Positions 36,228-44,213 of a stretch of 44,213 nt of DNA are shown one piece after another; position 1 is the stretch's first letter, and every line of letters begins with the position of its first letter. Under the pieces are notes generated by a model. It was not told the origin of the DNA and did no database searches. It saw only the letters and a list, made by a program, of their open reading frames with translations. Both the position numbers and the translations under genes were made by a program. The stretch lies in assembly GCA_037129855.1 (NCBI GenBank), contig JBAXUC010000001.1, positions 1 to 44,213 on the forward strand. The letters run 5' to 3'. Source of the stretch: Actinomycetota bacterium. Its GTDB lineage: Bacteria; Actinomycetota; Acidimicrobiia; Acidimicrobiales; Ilumatobacteraceae.

Positions 36228-37633
36228 TGAACGTCTCTCGCCGACTCGCCGAACCACTTGTTGCGCTTGAAGTGCCTCTTCGATGCCACATTGTCGGTAT
36301 TGGTGGTCCCGGGATGAGCGCGATTGCTCGCTTGTTAGTTGAAATGGGTCATACGGTGACCGGGTCAGACCTTCACGATTCAGAGGTAATTGATGAACTT
36401 CGTCAGCGTGGCGCAGAAATTTCTATTGGCCATCAGGAGTCAGTTGTTCACGGAGTAGACGTTGTTACATACTCAACGGCAATTCCATCTACCAATGTTG
36501 AATTGGAAGAGGCTCGGCGCTGTGGAATACCAACTCGCCATAGGTCTGGCATCTTGGCCTCGTTGTGTGCCGCTACAAACGCAATTGGTATCGCCGGTAC
36601 CCACGGAAAGACAACTACTACAGCGCTCGTGACTTCAATGACAACTGCTGGAGGTCTGCATCCATCGTCAATCATTGGAGCAGACGTTCTTGGAGTCACA
36701 GGGAATGAGTATGGAGATGGGTCTCTTCTCATTATTGAGTCAGATGAAAGTGACGGGACACTCGATGTTCTTCCCTTGTCCTCTCTGGTGGTGACAAATA
36801 TTGATATTGATCACCTTGATTACTTTGGATCTTTCGAAGCCATAAAGGAATGCTTTGCTGATGCAGCCACGCGTACGAATGGCGCTGTCGTACTAAATGC
36901 AGATGATGTGGGTTCTTCAGAATTACTGAACGCACTTGGCAGGGACCCCCGAGTGACAACATTCGGATGGTCAGAACGTTCCACGGTCCGCATTACATCA
37001 GCAGAACCGCACAGTGAGGGCACAATGGTTGCTCTTCAATTCTCAGGCCGGACGTACACGTGTGCATTGAAACTACGTGGTGAACATAATGTGATGAACT
37101 TTGCTGCGGCCCTTGCGATGGCAATTCGTCTTGGCGTCGATCCGGTCGTTGCGTGTACGGCAGCCTCGGCTTTCCGTGGCGTTGCTCGTCGATTCACTGA
37201 ACGTGGCGATTTCCTCGGATCATTACTCATTGACGACTATGCACATTTGCCAGTGGAGATTTCCGCCACAATCGATGCGGTGCGTTCGCACCCAGCATTG
37301 TCGGGTCGTGTGGTGGCTGTGTTTCAACCGAATCGATACCACCGTATTGCCACAATGGCGGATTCGTATGCCGATTGTTTTGTGAACGCAGATCGCATTG
37401 TGATTACTGATGTGTACGCATCAGGTACTCAGAAGATTGATGGTGTCACAGGAGAACTGGTGGTCAATGCCATTCGTCGTGCCCATAAAGATGCCGATGT
37501 GGTGTGGGCGCCGTCACGCGATAACACTGTTGCAGCTGTTGAGTCATGGATTACTCCTGGCGACATCTGTATTTCGATGGGTTGTGGCGATATTGAATCC
37601 TTCCCTGACGACTTACGTGGGGTTTTGGCGTGA
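36227..37633 (+). CDS. murC: UDP-N-acetylmuramate--L-alanine ligase
   Basis: 468 aa. HIVGIGGPGMSAIA, GIAGTHGKTTTT and DDYAHLP motifs. Confidence 0.95.
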   Translation: MNVSRRLAEPLVALEVPLRCHIVGIGGPGMSAIARLLVEMGHTVTGSDLHDSEVIDELRQRGAEISIGHQESVVHGVDVVTYSTAIPSTNVELEEARRCGIPTRHRSGILASLCAATNAIGIAGTHGKTTTTALVTSMTTAGGLHPSSIIGADVLGVTGNEYGDGSLLIIESDESDGTLDVLPLSSLVVTNIDIDHLDYFGSFEAIKECFADAATRTNGAVVLNADDVGSSELLNALGRDPRVTTFGWSERSTVRITSAEPHSEGTMVALQFSGRTYTCALKLRGEHNVMNFAAALAMAIRLGVDPVVACTAASAFRGVARRFTERGDFLGSLLIDDYAHLPVEISATIDAVRSHPALSGRVVAVFQPNRYHRIATMADSYADCFVNADRIVITDVYASGTQKIDGVTGELVVNAIRRAHKDADVVWAPSRDNTVAAVESWITPGDICISMGCGDIESFPDDLRGVLA

Positions 37634-38646
37634 CTACTGGTGCACTCTTTGCTGAGTTGGCTGCGGTAGGTCTTGATGTTCATAGCGATAGGCCGCTCGC
37701 CCCACTCACTACCTATGGGGTCGGCGGCAACGGTGCATGTGTTGTCAAAGTGTCATCTGTCGACCATGTCGTTGCTGTGTCTGAGGTTTTGCATCGTCAC
37801 CCAGGGGTAGACACACTTGTAATGGGTCGTGGCAGCAATCTTTTGATCGCAGATATCGGCTTCAATGGTCTTGTCATAGTTATGGCGCCGTCAAGTACTG
37901 AAAATGCTGTGAGCGTTGACGGTGACATTGTGGAAGCGGGGGGCGCAATGTTGATGCCGGTGCTGGCCAGACGGTCTGTCGGGGCAGGACGTGGTGGTCT
38001 TGAATGGTGCGTCGGAATACCTGGCACTGTGGGCGGTGCAGTGCGAATGAATGCAGGCGGCCATGGCGCCGATATGGCTTCATCTGTGGTTGATGCCACC
38101 GTGTTGTCTCTTCGTAGCGGCATTATCGCGCGCGTGCCTGCTGAACAACTTGATTTCTACTTTCGTGGTTCGGCATTATCAAACAATCACGTTGTGCTTT
38201 CTGTTCGAATGAAAACTGCAGCCCAAGAAGCGGCGATCGGTACAACTGAAATCAACGCCGTAGTCGGCTGGAGGCGCGAGCATCAACCAGGTGGCCGTAA
38301 TGCCGGCTCGGTGTTCGTGAATCCTGGTTCAGGTGACAAAAGTGCTGGGGCTCTTATTGATACTGCAGGACTTCGAGGTTTCACGATTGGTGCCGTCACA
38401 GTGTCAGAAAAGCATGCCAATTTTATTCAGGCCGGAGAAGGTTCAACCGCTACTGACATTGCTGCCGTGATGTCGCATGTGCAAAGTGTTGTAGAAGATG
38501 TTCACGGCATTCGTCTGTATAGCGAAGTATGTCTTGTCGGATTCTCTGCAGATCTCATGACTCGTTTCTCACATCCTTCCCACGCTTCTGCACCACACGT
38601 TGCTGCCAAGAATGAATTGCACAGACTTCTCGGGGATCACGCATGA
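37630..38646 (+). CDS. murB: UDP-N-acetylenolpyruvoylglucosamine reductase
   Basis: 338 aa with a GTG start overlapping the murC stop. PLAPLTTYGVGG, GRGSNLL and IPGTVGGAVRMNAGG are FAD-binding MurB motifs. Confidence 0.9.
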   Translation: MTTGALFAELAAVGLDVHSDRPLAPLTTYGVGGNGACVVKVSSVDHVVAVSEVLHRHPGVDTLVMGRGSNLLIADIGFNGLVIVMAPSSTENAVSVDGDIVEAGGAMLMPVLARRSVGAGRGGLEWCVGIPGTVGGAVRMNAGGHGADMASSVVDATVLSLRSGIIARVPAEQLDFYFRGSALSNNHVVLSVRMKTAAQEAAIGTTEINAVVGWRREHQPGGRNAGSVFVNPGSGDKSAGALIDTAGLRGFTIGAVTVSEKHANFIQAGEGSTATDIAAVMSHVQSVVEDVHGIRLYSEVCLVGFSADLMTRFSHPSHASAPHVAAKNELHRLLGDHA

Positions 38647-39776
38647 CAGATTCAGAAGATCAAAGTTCTAAAGAACGGGTAGAAGAAATATCAGTCACAG
38701 AAGTGTCTGATCAAGTGTTGCAAGAGCTGTCGGGCCTCTTTGGCAGTCGCGAAGGCGTGACAGTGATAGATCCAGATGAGCATGTCGAACCCAGCGATGA
38801 CACACCTACAGACATTATTGATGTAGCGGTTTCGGCAGTTGAAAACGACACATCACACGATGCGGAATTGTCAGAAACAGAGACTGTTGTCATTGTTGAC
38901 CCCAGCGTGGAAGAGATTCGACGGTCGGAACCGATTGACCCATTGCTCAATGGAATGGCTGAAGACACAGGCACATTGGTCGTCATCGATGACGACCTGG
39001 ATCGTGTGGTCATCGTCGACGATGACAGACCAGACCCAACATTTGAAGAGAGGCAACGACGGTCACGACGACGTGAACGCTTGCAAAAAGTCAAGTGGCT
39101 AAAGCTTGCGGGTGTGATTGTGGCATCAGTAGTTGTAGTGATTGCGCTTCTGGCGTCGCCGATTTTTGCGATTCGGTCAGTGACCATTGAGGGAAATGTC
39201 TATACCTCTAAGGAAGTTCTGGTAAAGGTTACAAAAACGTTGAAGGGTGCATCAGTGTTCACTGTGAATACTGGCAAGGCACGCGAGTTGTTGCTCGCAG
39301 ATTCGTGGGTGTCTGACGTGCGGATCACCACCCGATTTCCCGGTAAGGCGCTCGTTGAAATCGCGGAAAGAATTCCCGTTATTTGGTACGTGGGCGATGA
39401 TCAAAAAGCGCGCATTGTCGATGCCCGAGGACATGTCATCGCAGTACTTGCTGGTTGGCCAACAAAGTACTTGCGTGTCGGCGGTGTCGGGCCATCTCTC
39501 GAGGCAGGGGCCGTGGCCGACGATGTCTATAGAGCGGCAGCTCAACTTGTGCTGGCACTGCCAGATGAACTGCGGCCGTTGGTGAAATCTCTTGAAGTCA
39601 GCGCAGGAGGGGAGCTTGCAATGACCCTTGCAGGCGGAACCCTCGTTCGTTTTGGACCACCCAATGACTTGCAGAGCAAGTTGGTAGCCGTGGTTGTGCT
39701 GTTGCGGCGCCAGAATCCATCAACCTTGGCAATTATTGACGTTTCCACGGGTGAACCAACCGTTCAGATCCGCTAA
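38643..39776 (+). CDS. ftsQ: Cell division protein FtsQ (POTRA domain) with long acidic N-terminal tail
   Basis: 377 aa. A TM segment near residues 155-175 is followed by POTRA-like IRSVTIEGNVYTSKEVL and an FtsQ domain. ATGA overlap with murB. Confidence 0.8.
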   Translation: MTDSEDQSSKERVEEISVTEVSDQVLQELSGLFGSREGVTVIDPDEHVEPSDDTPTDIIDVAVSAVENDTSHDAELSETETVVIVDPSVEEIRRSEPIDPLLNGMAEDTGTLVVIDDDLDRVVIVDDDRPDPTFEERQRRSRRRERLQKVKWLKLAGVIVASVVVVIALLASPIFAIRSVTIEGNVYTSKEVLVKVTKTLKGASVFTVNTGKARELLLADSWVSDVRITTRFPGKALVEIAERIPVIWYVGDDQKARIVDARGHVIAVLAGWPTKYLRVGGVGPSLEAGAVADDVYRAAAQLVLALPDELRPLVKSLEVSAGGELAMTLAGGTLVRFGPPNDLQSKLVAVVVLLRRQNPSTLAIIDVSTGEPTVQIR

Positions 39777-39875
39777 ACGATCATCCGAAACGGGGATTGC
39801 CACATATATCGCTCGTGATGTGGGAAACTTAGGAAACTCAGTCCTTACGGACTCCTTACTGGAGGTAAATGGTCG

Positions 39876-40979
39876 ATGGCCGGTGCACCACAGAATTATC
39901 TCGCCGTTATAAAGGTGATTGGCATTGGCGGAGGCGGCGTTAACGCTGTTAACCGCATGATCGATGCTGGTCTTCGCGGCGTCGAATTTGTCGCAATTAA
40001 CACAGACGCGCAAGCCCTTCTTATGAGCGATGCTGATGTCAAGCTCGATATTGGTCGCGATCTCACTCGAGGTCTTGGTGCAGGTTCTGACCCAGACGTT
40101 GGTCGCGCAGCTGCCGAAGCGCATCGTGAAGAAATCGAAGAACTTATTAATGGGTCAGACATGGTCTTCATTACTGCAGGTGAAGGTGGAGGTACCGGAA
40201 CAGGTGCCGCACCAATTATCGCTGAAATCGCAAAGTCTCTCGGCGCCCTGACTATCGGGGTTGTAACACGTCCGTTCCAATTTGAGGGTCGTCGTCGTGC
40301 TGTTCAGGCCGACAACGGAATTCAACGTTTGAAGGAAAAAGTCGACACTCTGATTGTTATTCCGAACGATCGTCTTTTGACTGTTGCGAATGACAAGACA
40401 TCATTGGTCAACGCATTCAAGATGGCAGATGAGATTTTATTGCAAGGTGTTGCAGGTATTACAAACCTCATTACGACTCCTGGACTCATCAACACTGACT
40501 TCGCAGATGTGAAGATGATCCTTACCAGTGCGGGCTCTGCCCTTATGGGAATTGGTATTGCCAGTGGAGACAATCGGGCAGTTGTTGCGGCAAAAGATGC
40601 GATTTCGAGTCCAATGCTCGAAGCGGCTATCGATGGTGCGCGGGGCATTTTGCTCAATATCACTGGTCCATCCAGCATGGGGCTTTTCGAAGTCAACGCT
40701 GCAGCCGAAGTGGTTCACGGTGTTGCACATCAAGATGCAAACATCATCTTCGGAACTGTTATCGACGATGAAATGGGTGATGAAATAAAGGTCACCGTCA
40801 TCGCAGCAGGCTTTGAACGTTGGGATGCAGGGTCAAGCGGCTCATCCATTGGTACTCGCACTTCAACGCGTCCGACAGATGCGCGACCATCAACAGGCAA
40901 CGTGCGCGACATTTTCTCTGATAGCGATCCGTTGTCAGACGATGACGATGATTTCGACGTTCCGTCTTTCTTGAAATAG
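39876..40979 (+). CDS. ftsZ: Cell division GTPase FtsZ
   Basis: 367 aa. [13 protein letters not shown], the [10 protein letters not shown] tubulin signature, NTDAQAL and the C-terminal peptide [21 protein letters not shown] upstream. Confidence 0.98.
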   Translation: MAGAPQNYLAVIKVIGIGGGGVNAVNRMIDAGLRGVEFVAINTDAQALLMSDADVKLDIGRDLTRGLGAGSDPDVGRAAAEAHREEIEELINGSDMVFITAGEGGGTGTGAAPIIAEIAKSLGALTIGVVTRPFQFEGRRRAVQADNGIQRLKEKVDTLIVIPNDRLLTVANDKTSLVNAFKMADEILLQGVAGITNLITTPGLINTDFADVKMILTSAGSALMGIGIASGDNRAVVAAKDAISSPMLEAAIDGARGILLNITGPSSMGLFEVNAAAEVVHGVAHQDANIIFGTVIDDEMGDEIKVTVIAAGFERWDAGSSGSSIGTRTSTRPTDARPSTGNVRDIFSDSDPLSDDDDDFDVPSFLK

Positions 40980-40989
40980 AAGTTCACAC

Positions 40990-41643
40990 ATGATCGACGC
41001 CAACGCGGTGGCCGATCGCGTGGCACACGTTCGTTCAGTTATCAATGAAGCTGGTGGGACTGATGTCTCGCTAGTGGCTGTAACAAAATCTTTCGGAATC
41101 GATGCTCTTCGTGCTGCGTCGACAGCCATGTGCGATGCAGTGGGTGAGAACTATGCCCAAGAGCTGCTAGAAAAAACTGCAGAAGGTATGCCGCTCATTG
41201 ATGTCCACTTCATTGGGGCACTGCAGTCAAACAAAGTGCGGATGCTGGCCGGACACATTGCGTTGTGGCAGTCCGTAGATAGGGAATCAGTTGTGGACGA
41301 ATTGGGGCGCCGATCACCGGGTGCGTCCATTTTGATACAGGTTGATACAACGGGGGAGCCCTCTAAAGGCGGGGTGACACCCGTTCAACTAGATGCATTG
41401 AGAGTGCGAGCAGAGTCTCGAGGCCTCATCGTGAAGGGATTGATGACAATTGGTCCGACGGACGGGACGCAGGATGAGTGCGAGAAATCCTTTGGGATGT
41501 TGCGTCATTTGGTCAATGAACAGGGCTTATCAGTCTGTTCAATGGGAATGTCGGCCGATTATCCGATTGCCGTTGCGTGTGGTTCCACAATGGTCAGGGT
41601 GGGAAGCGGCCTCTTTGGCGACAGAGTGCGCGTCACGAATTAG
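40990..41643 (+). CDS. yggS: YggS-family pyridoxal phosphate homeostasis protein
   Basis: 217 aa. LVAVTKSF (PLP Lys), GENYAQEL, HFIGALQSNK and SMGMSADY motifs. Confidence 0.9.
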   Translation: MIDANAVADRVAHVRSVINEAGGTDVSLVAVTKSFGIDALRAASTAMCDAVGENYAQELLEKTAEGMPLIDVHFIGALQSNKVRMLAGHIALWQSVDRESVVDELGRRSPGASILIQVDTTGEPSKGGVTPVQLDALRVRAESRGLIVKGLMTIGPTDGTQDECEKSFGMLRHLVNEQGLSVCSMGMSADYPIAVACGSTMVRVGSGLFGDRVRVTN

Positions 41644-41680
41644 ACGTGTCCCACATCTGCTATTCGAAGTGCATTAGCCT

Positions 41681-42220
41681 ATGAATATGTCATTTTTCCG
41701 CCGTGCAATGGATTACCTCGGTCTGAGTGGGGAAGAAGCCTACGACGACTACGACATGTCGATGGAGTACGAACGACCACAACGCGCCGGACGTCCTGCA
41801 CCCGACCAAGGTCGTCGCTCCAATTTTGATCCTGAATACTCGTCAGAAACGCAGCGTCCTGCTGCGCGTCCTATGCGTGTTGATGACACCGGAGCAGCAC
41901 GTCGTCCTGATGATTCAGGTTTACAAGTGCGCCCTGTCGGTACTGCACGTACGTCTCCAACGGTACGAACAATTCCTTCTTCAGGAGAAACTGTCACCGT
42001 TCGCCCTCGCAACTTCAATCAAGCGCAAGAAATTGCCGACCACTTCAAAGATGGTGTTCCAGTGATTGTGAATCTTGAAGGTGCTGATCGGGAAATGTCT
42101 CGTCGTATTATCGACTTCGCAAGTGGCATGTGTTACGCACTCAGCGGAACAATGGAAAAAGTAGGCAGTGGCGTCTACTTGTTAAAGCCAGCTGTGAGTT
42201 TTGACTCACCTCGCTACTAA
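41681..42220 (+). CDS. sepF: Cell division protein SepF
   Basis: 179 aa. An N-terminal amphipathic helix (FFRRAMDYLGL), an R/P-rich linker and a C-terminal SepF domain (PRNFNQAQEIADHFKDGVPVIVNL...RRIIDFASG). Confidence 0.9.
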   Translation: MNMSFFRRAMDYLGLSGEEAYDDYDMSMEYERPQRAGRPAPDQGRRSNFDPEYSSETQRPAARPMRVDDTGAARRPDDSGLQVRPVGTARTSPTVRTIPSSGETVTVRPRNFNQAQEIADHFKDGVPVIVNLEGADREMSRRIIDFASGMCYALSGTMEKVGSGVYLLKPAVSFDSPRY

Positions 42221-42229
42221 GATTTAATT

Positions 42230-42472
42230 ATGGGACTTGTATGCGCCATTGCAAATATCTATGTCTTGATTGTGGTTGCTCGCGCAATTTCGACGTTCTT
42301 TCCTATCTCATCAGGTAGTCCGTTTCTTCCCCTTGTTGACTTTCTCTACAAGGTCACAGAGCCAGTATTTACGCCTATTCGGCGTGTACTTCCCACTATG
42401 GGGCCATTTGATTTCACACCGTTGGTGGTTCTCATTGGCGTTCAAGTCATCGCTCGCATCCTTGGGTGCTGA
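42230..42472 (+). CDS. yggT: YggT-family membrane protein
   Basis: 80 aa with two TM segments. The YKVTEPVFTPIRRVLP motif is typical of YggT. Confidence 0.85.
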   Translation: MGLVCAIANIYVLIVVARAISTFFPISSGSPFLPLVDFLYKVTEPVFTPIRRVLPTMGPFDFTPLVVLIGVQVIARILGC

Positions 42473-42498
42473 GCCCCTTACGCCCCTAGCCTTATTGC

Positions 42499-44213
42499 GT
42501 GACGTATCCAAAGGTTGAACCCCAGCCAAATTTTCCTCATATGGAAGAAGGCGTGCTGGCACGGTGGGAACGTGACCAGACATTCGCAAAGAGTCTTGCG
42601 CTACGTCCCGTTGGCACAAATGGCAACAATGAATTCATCTTTTACGACGGCCCTCCCTTCGCAAACGGAATGCCTCACTACGGTCATTTACTCACCGGCT
42701 TTGTGAAGGATGCTGTACCGCGTTACCAAACGATGCGTGGCCGCCATGTTGATCGGCGATTTGGATGGGATTGTCACGGTCTTCCAGCAGAAGTAGAAGC
42801 TGAAAAAGAATTGGGTATCGCTGGACATCCCGCAATTGCCGCATTTGGAATTGACAAATTCAATGATGCGTGTCGCACGAGCGTGCTGCGGTACACCGAT
42901 GAATGGCAGCGATACGTCACGCGCCAAGCTCGTTGGGTTGATTTTGAAAATGACTACAAGACACTCGATACCCCGTATATGGAAAGCGTCATGTGGGCCT
43001 TTAAGACACTTCATGACAAGGGTCTGATCTACGAGGGCTTTCGTGTGCTCGCATATTGTTGGCGTTGCGAGACTCCGTTGTCGAATACAGAAACCCGAAT
43101 GGATGACGTCTACAAAGATCGCCAAGATCCGGCGCTAACTGTTTCGTTCACCCTTGATTCGGGGGAAAAAATTCTTGCGTGGACCACGACTCCGTGGACA
43201 CTGCCGTCCAACTTGGCGCTCGCTGTTGGTCCAGATATTGACTATGCAGTCCTTCAACATCCAGATGGCAATACCTACATCGTGGCGAGTGCTCGCTTGG
43301 GCTCGTATGAAAAAGAACTTGAAGGGGCAGAACTACTGCGCACGGTGAAGGGTCGTGACCTTGTCGGCCGTCGTTACGCGCCGCTGTTCCCGTTCTTTGC
43401 CGGAACAAATAATGCGTTCCAGATTCTTGGTGCTGACTTTGTGACAACTGAAGACGGAACGGGTGTTGTGCACATGGCACCTGGTTTTGGTGAAGACGAC
43501 CAAATTGAATGCAACGCGGCTGGTATTCCCACGCTGTGTCCGATGGACGAACATGGGTGCTACACAGCTGAAATCACCCCGTGGGTTGGTAAGCACGTGT
43601 TTGAGGCCAACTCAGACATTGTGCGCACACTGAAGGACATGGGAGTCGTTGTCCGTCACGATTCATACAACCACTCGTATCCACATTGTTGGCGTTGCGC
43701 TGAGCCACTCGTGTATCGCGCTATTTCGTCTTGGTTCGTAGAGGTCACAAAATTCCGTGACCGCATGGTCGAACTGAATGAACAAATTACATGGTCGCCC
43801 GAGCACATTAAAGATGGTTCGTTCGGTAAATGGATAGCGAATGCCCGTGACTGGGCCATCAGCCGTAACCGATTCTGGGGTTCACCAATTCCGGTCTGGA
43901 AGAGCGACGACCCGTCTTATCCGCGCCTTGATGTGTACGGAAGCCTTGCTGATTTGTCGCGCGATTTCGGGGTGGAAGTAACTGATTTACACCGCCCAAA
44001 TATTGACGTCCTAGTGCGACCAAACCCCGATGATCCAACTGGTAAGTCAATGATGCGTCGCGTTCCTGAAGTGCTTGACTGCTGGTTTGAGAGTGGCTCA
44101 ATGCCATTTGCTCAAGTTCACTACCCGTTCGAAAATAGGGAATGGTTCGACAATCACTACCCAGGTGACTTCATCGTTGAGTACATCGGTCAAACGCGCG
44201 GATGGTTCTATAT
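42499..44213 (+). CDS. ileS: Isoleucine--tRNA ligase (type 2, actinobacterial/eukaryote-like), 3'-truncated by window end
   Basis: This open frame runs to the window edge and is not in the ORF track because it has no stop. My hand translation from GTG 42499 reads [29 protein letters not shown]...[20 protein letters not shown]...[12 protein letters not shown], including the HIGH-type motif HYGH. The in-frame stop at 42487-42489 limits the 5' end. Confidence 0.95.
   Translation, partial: MTYPKVEPQPNFPHMEEGVLARWERDQTFAKSLALRPVGTNGNNEFIFYDGPPFANGMPHYGHLLTGFVKDAVPRYQTMRGRHVDRRFGWDCHGLPAEVEAEKELGIAGHPAIAAFGIDKFNDACRTSVLRYTDEWQRYVTRQARWVDFENDYKTLDTPYMESVMWAFKTLHDKGLIYEGFRVLAYCWRCETPLSNTETRMDDVYKDRQDPALTVSFTLDSGEKILAWTTTPWTLPSNLALAVGPDIDYAVLQHPDGNTYIVASARLGSYEKELEGAELLRTVKGRDLVGRRYAPLFPFFAGTNNAFQILGADFVTTEDGTGVVHMAPGFGEDDQIECNAAGIPTLCPMDEHGCYTAEITPWVGKHVFEANSDIVRTLKDMGVVVRHDSYNHSYPHCWRCAEPLVYRAISSWFVEVTKFRDRMVELNEQITWSPEHIKDGSFGKWIANARDWAISRNRFWGSPIPVWKSDDPSYPRLDVYGSLADLSRDFGVEVTDLHRPNIDVLVRPNPDDPTGKSMMRRVPEVLDCWFESGSMPFAQVHYPFENREWFDNHYPGDFIVEYIGQTRGWFY

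Noticed and set aside
42473-42498. T-box leader for ileS
   Set aside because: Only 26 nt separate the yggT stop from the ileS GTG. A T-box needs roughly 200 nt, and no specifier or T-box sequence was seen in the yggT 3' region.

Overview
This window is a gene-dense, almost entirely core chromosomal segment of an actinobacterium. The markers are a WhiB-family regulator, DUF3040, SepF, a PimB-like GT4 and an F420-type LLM oxidoreductase. The moderate GC and murB sitting inside the division cluster suggest an Acidimicrobiia-like lineage, but that is inference only.

The right half (about 25.9-42.5 kb) is a complete, tightly translationally coupled dcw (division/cell wall) cluster: mraZ-rsmH-ftsL-ftsI-murE-mraY-murD-ftsW-murG-murC-murB-ftsQ-ftsZ-yggS-sepF-yggT. 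It is followed directly by a 5'-partial ileS.

The left half carries:
- an LldD-like FMN dehydrogenase, fhs, an LLM oxidoreductase and a class A PBP
- RNase P RNA (rnpB, minus strand)
- a pair of Tat-signal ferritin-like proteins
- a glpD / FAD-linked oxidase / FGGY kinase operon
- whiB-trpD-(small Cys-rich ORF)-queG-GT4-membrane protein-SRPBCC-ROK kinase
- glpK, an inositol monophosphatase and dinB
- a DUF3040 / small protein / HNH / LplA-like operon

I saw no transposases, integrases, CRISPR arrays, prophage genes or recognisable defence systems, and no convincing novel multi-gene system.

The most interesting sequence-level signals are:
1. A strongly structured about 124-nt element in the otherwise unexplained 185-nt mraZ-rsmH spacer. 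It has a 24-bp helix, strand-specific G-U wobbles and a three-way junction.
2. A 10-bp-phased array of GTGGG-like boxes over a putative mraZ promoter.
3. Non-canonical dcw content: no murF, ddl, pgeF or divIVA.
4. Several uncharacterised coupled gene pairs: the Tat ferritin-like pair, the small W/R-rich protein + HNH, and the Cys-rich mini-ORF + queG.

All product calls come from motif-level reading of the supplied translations. No database search was run.
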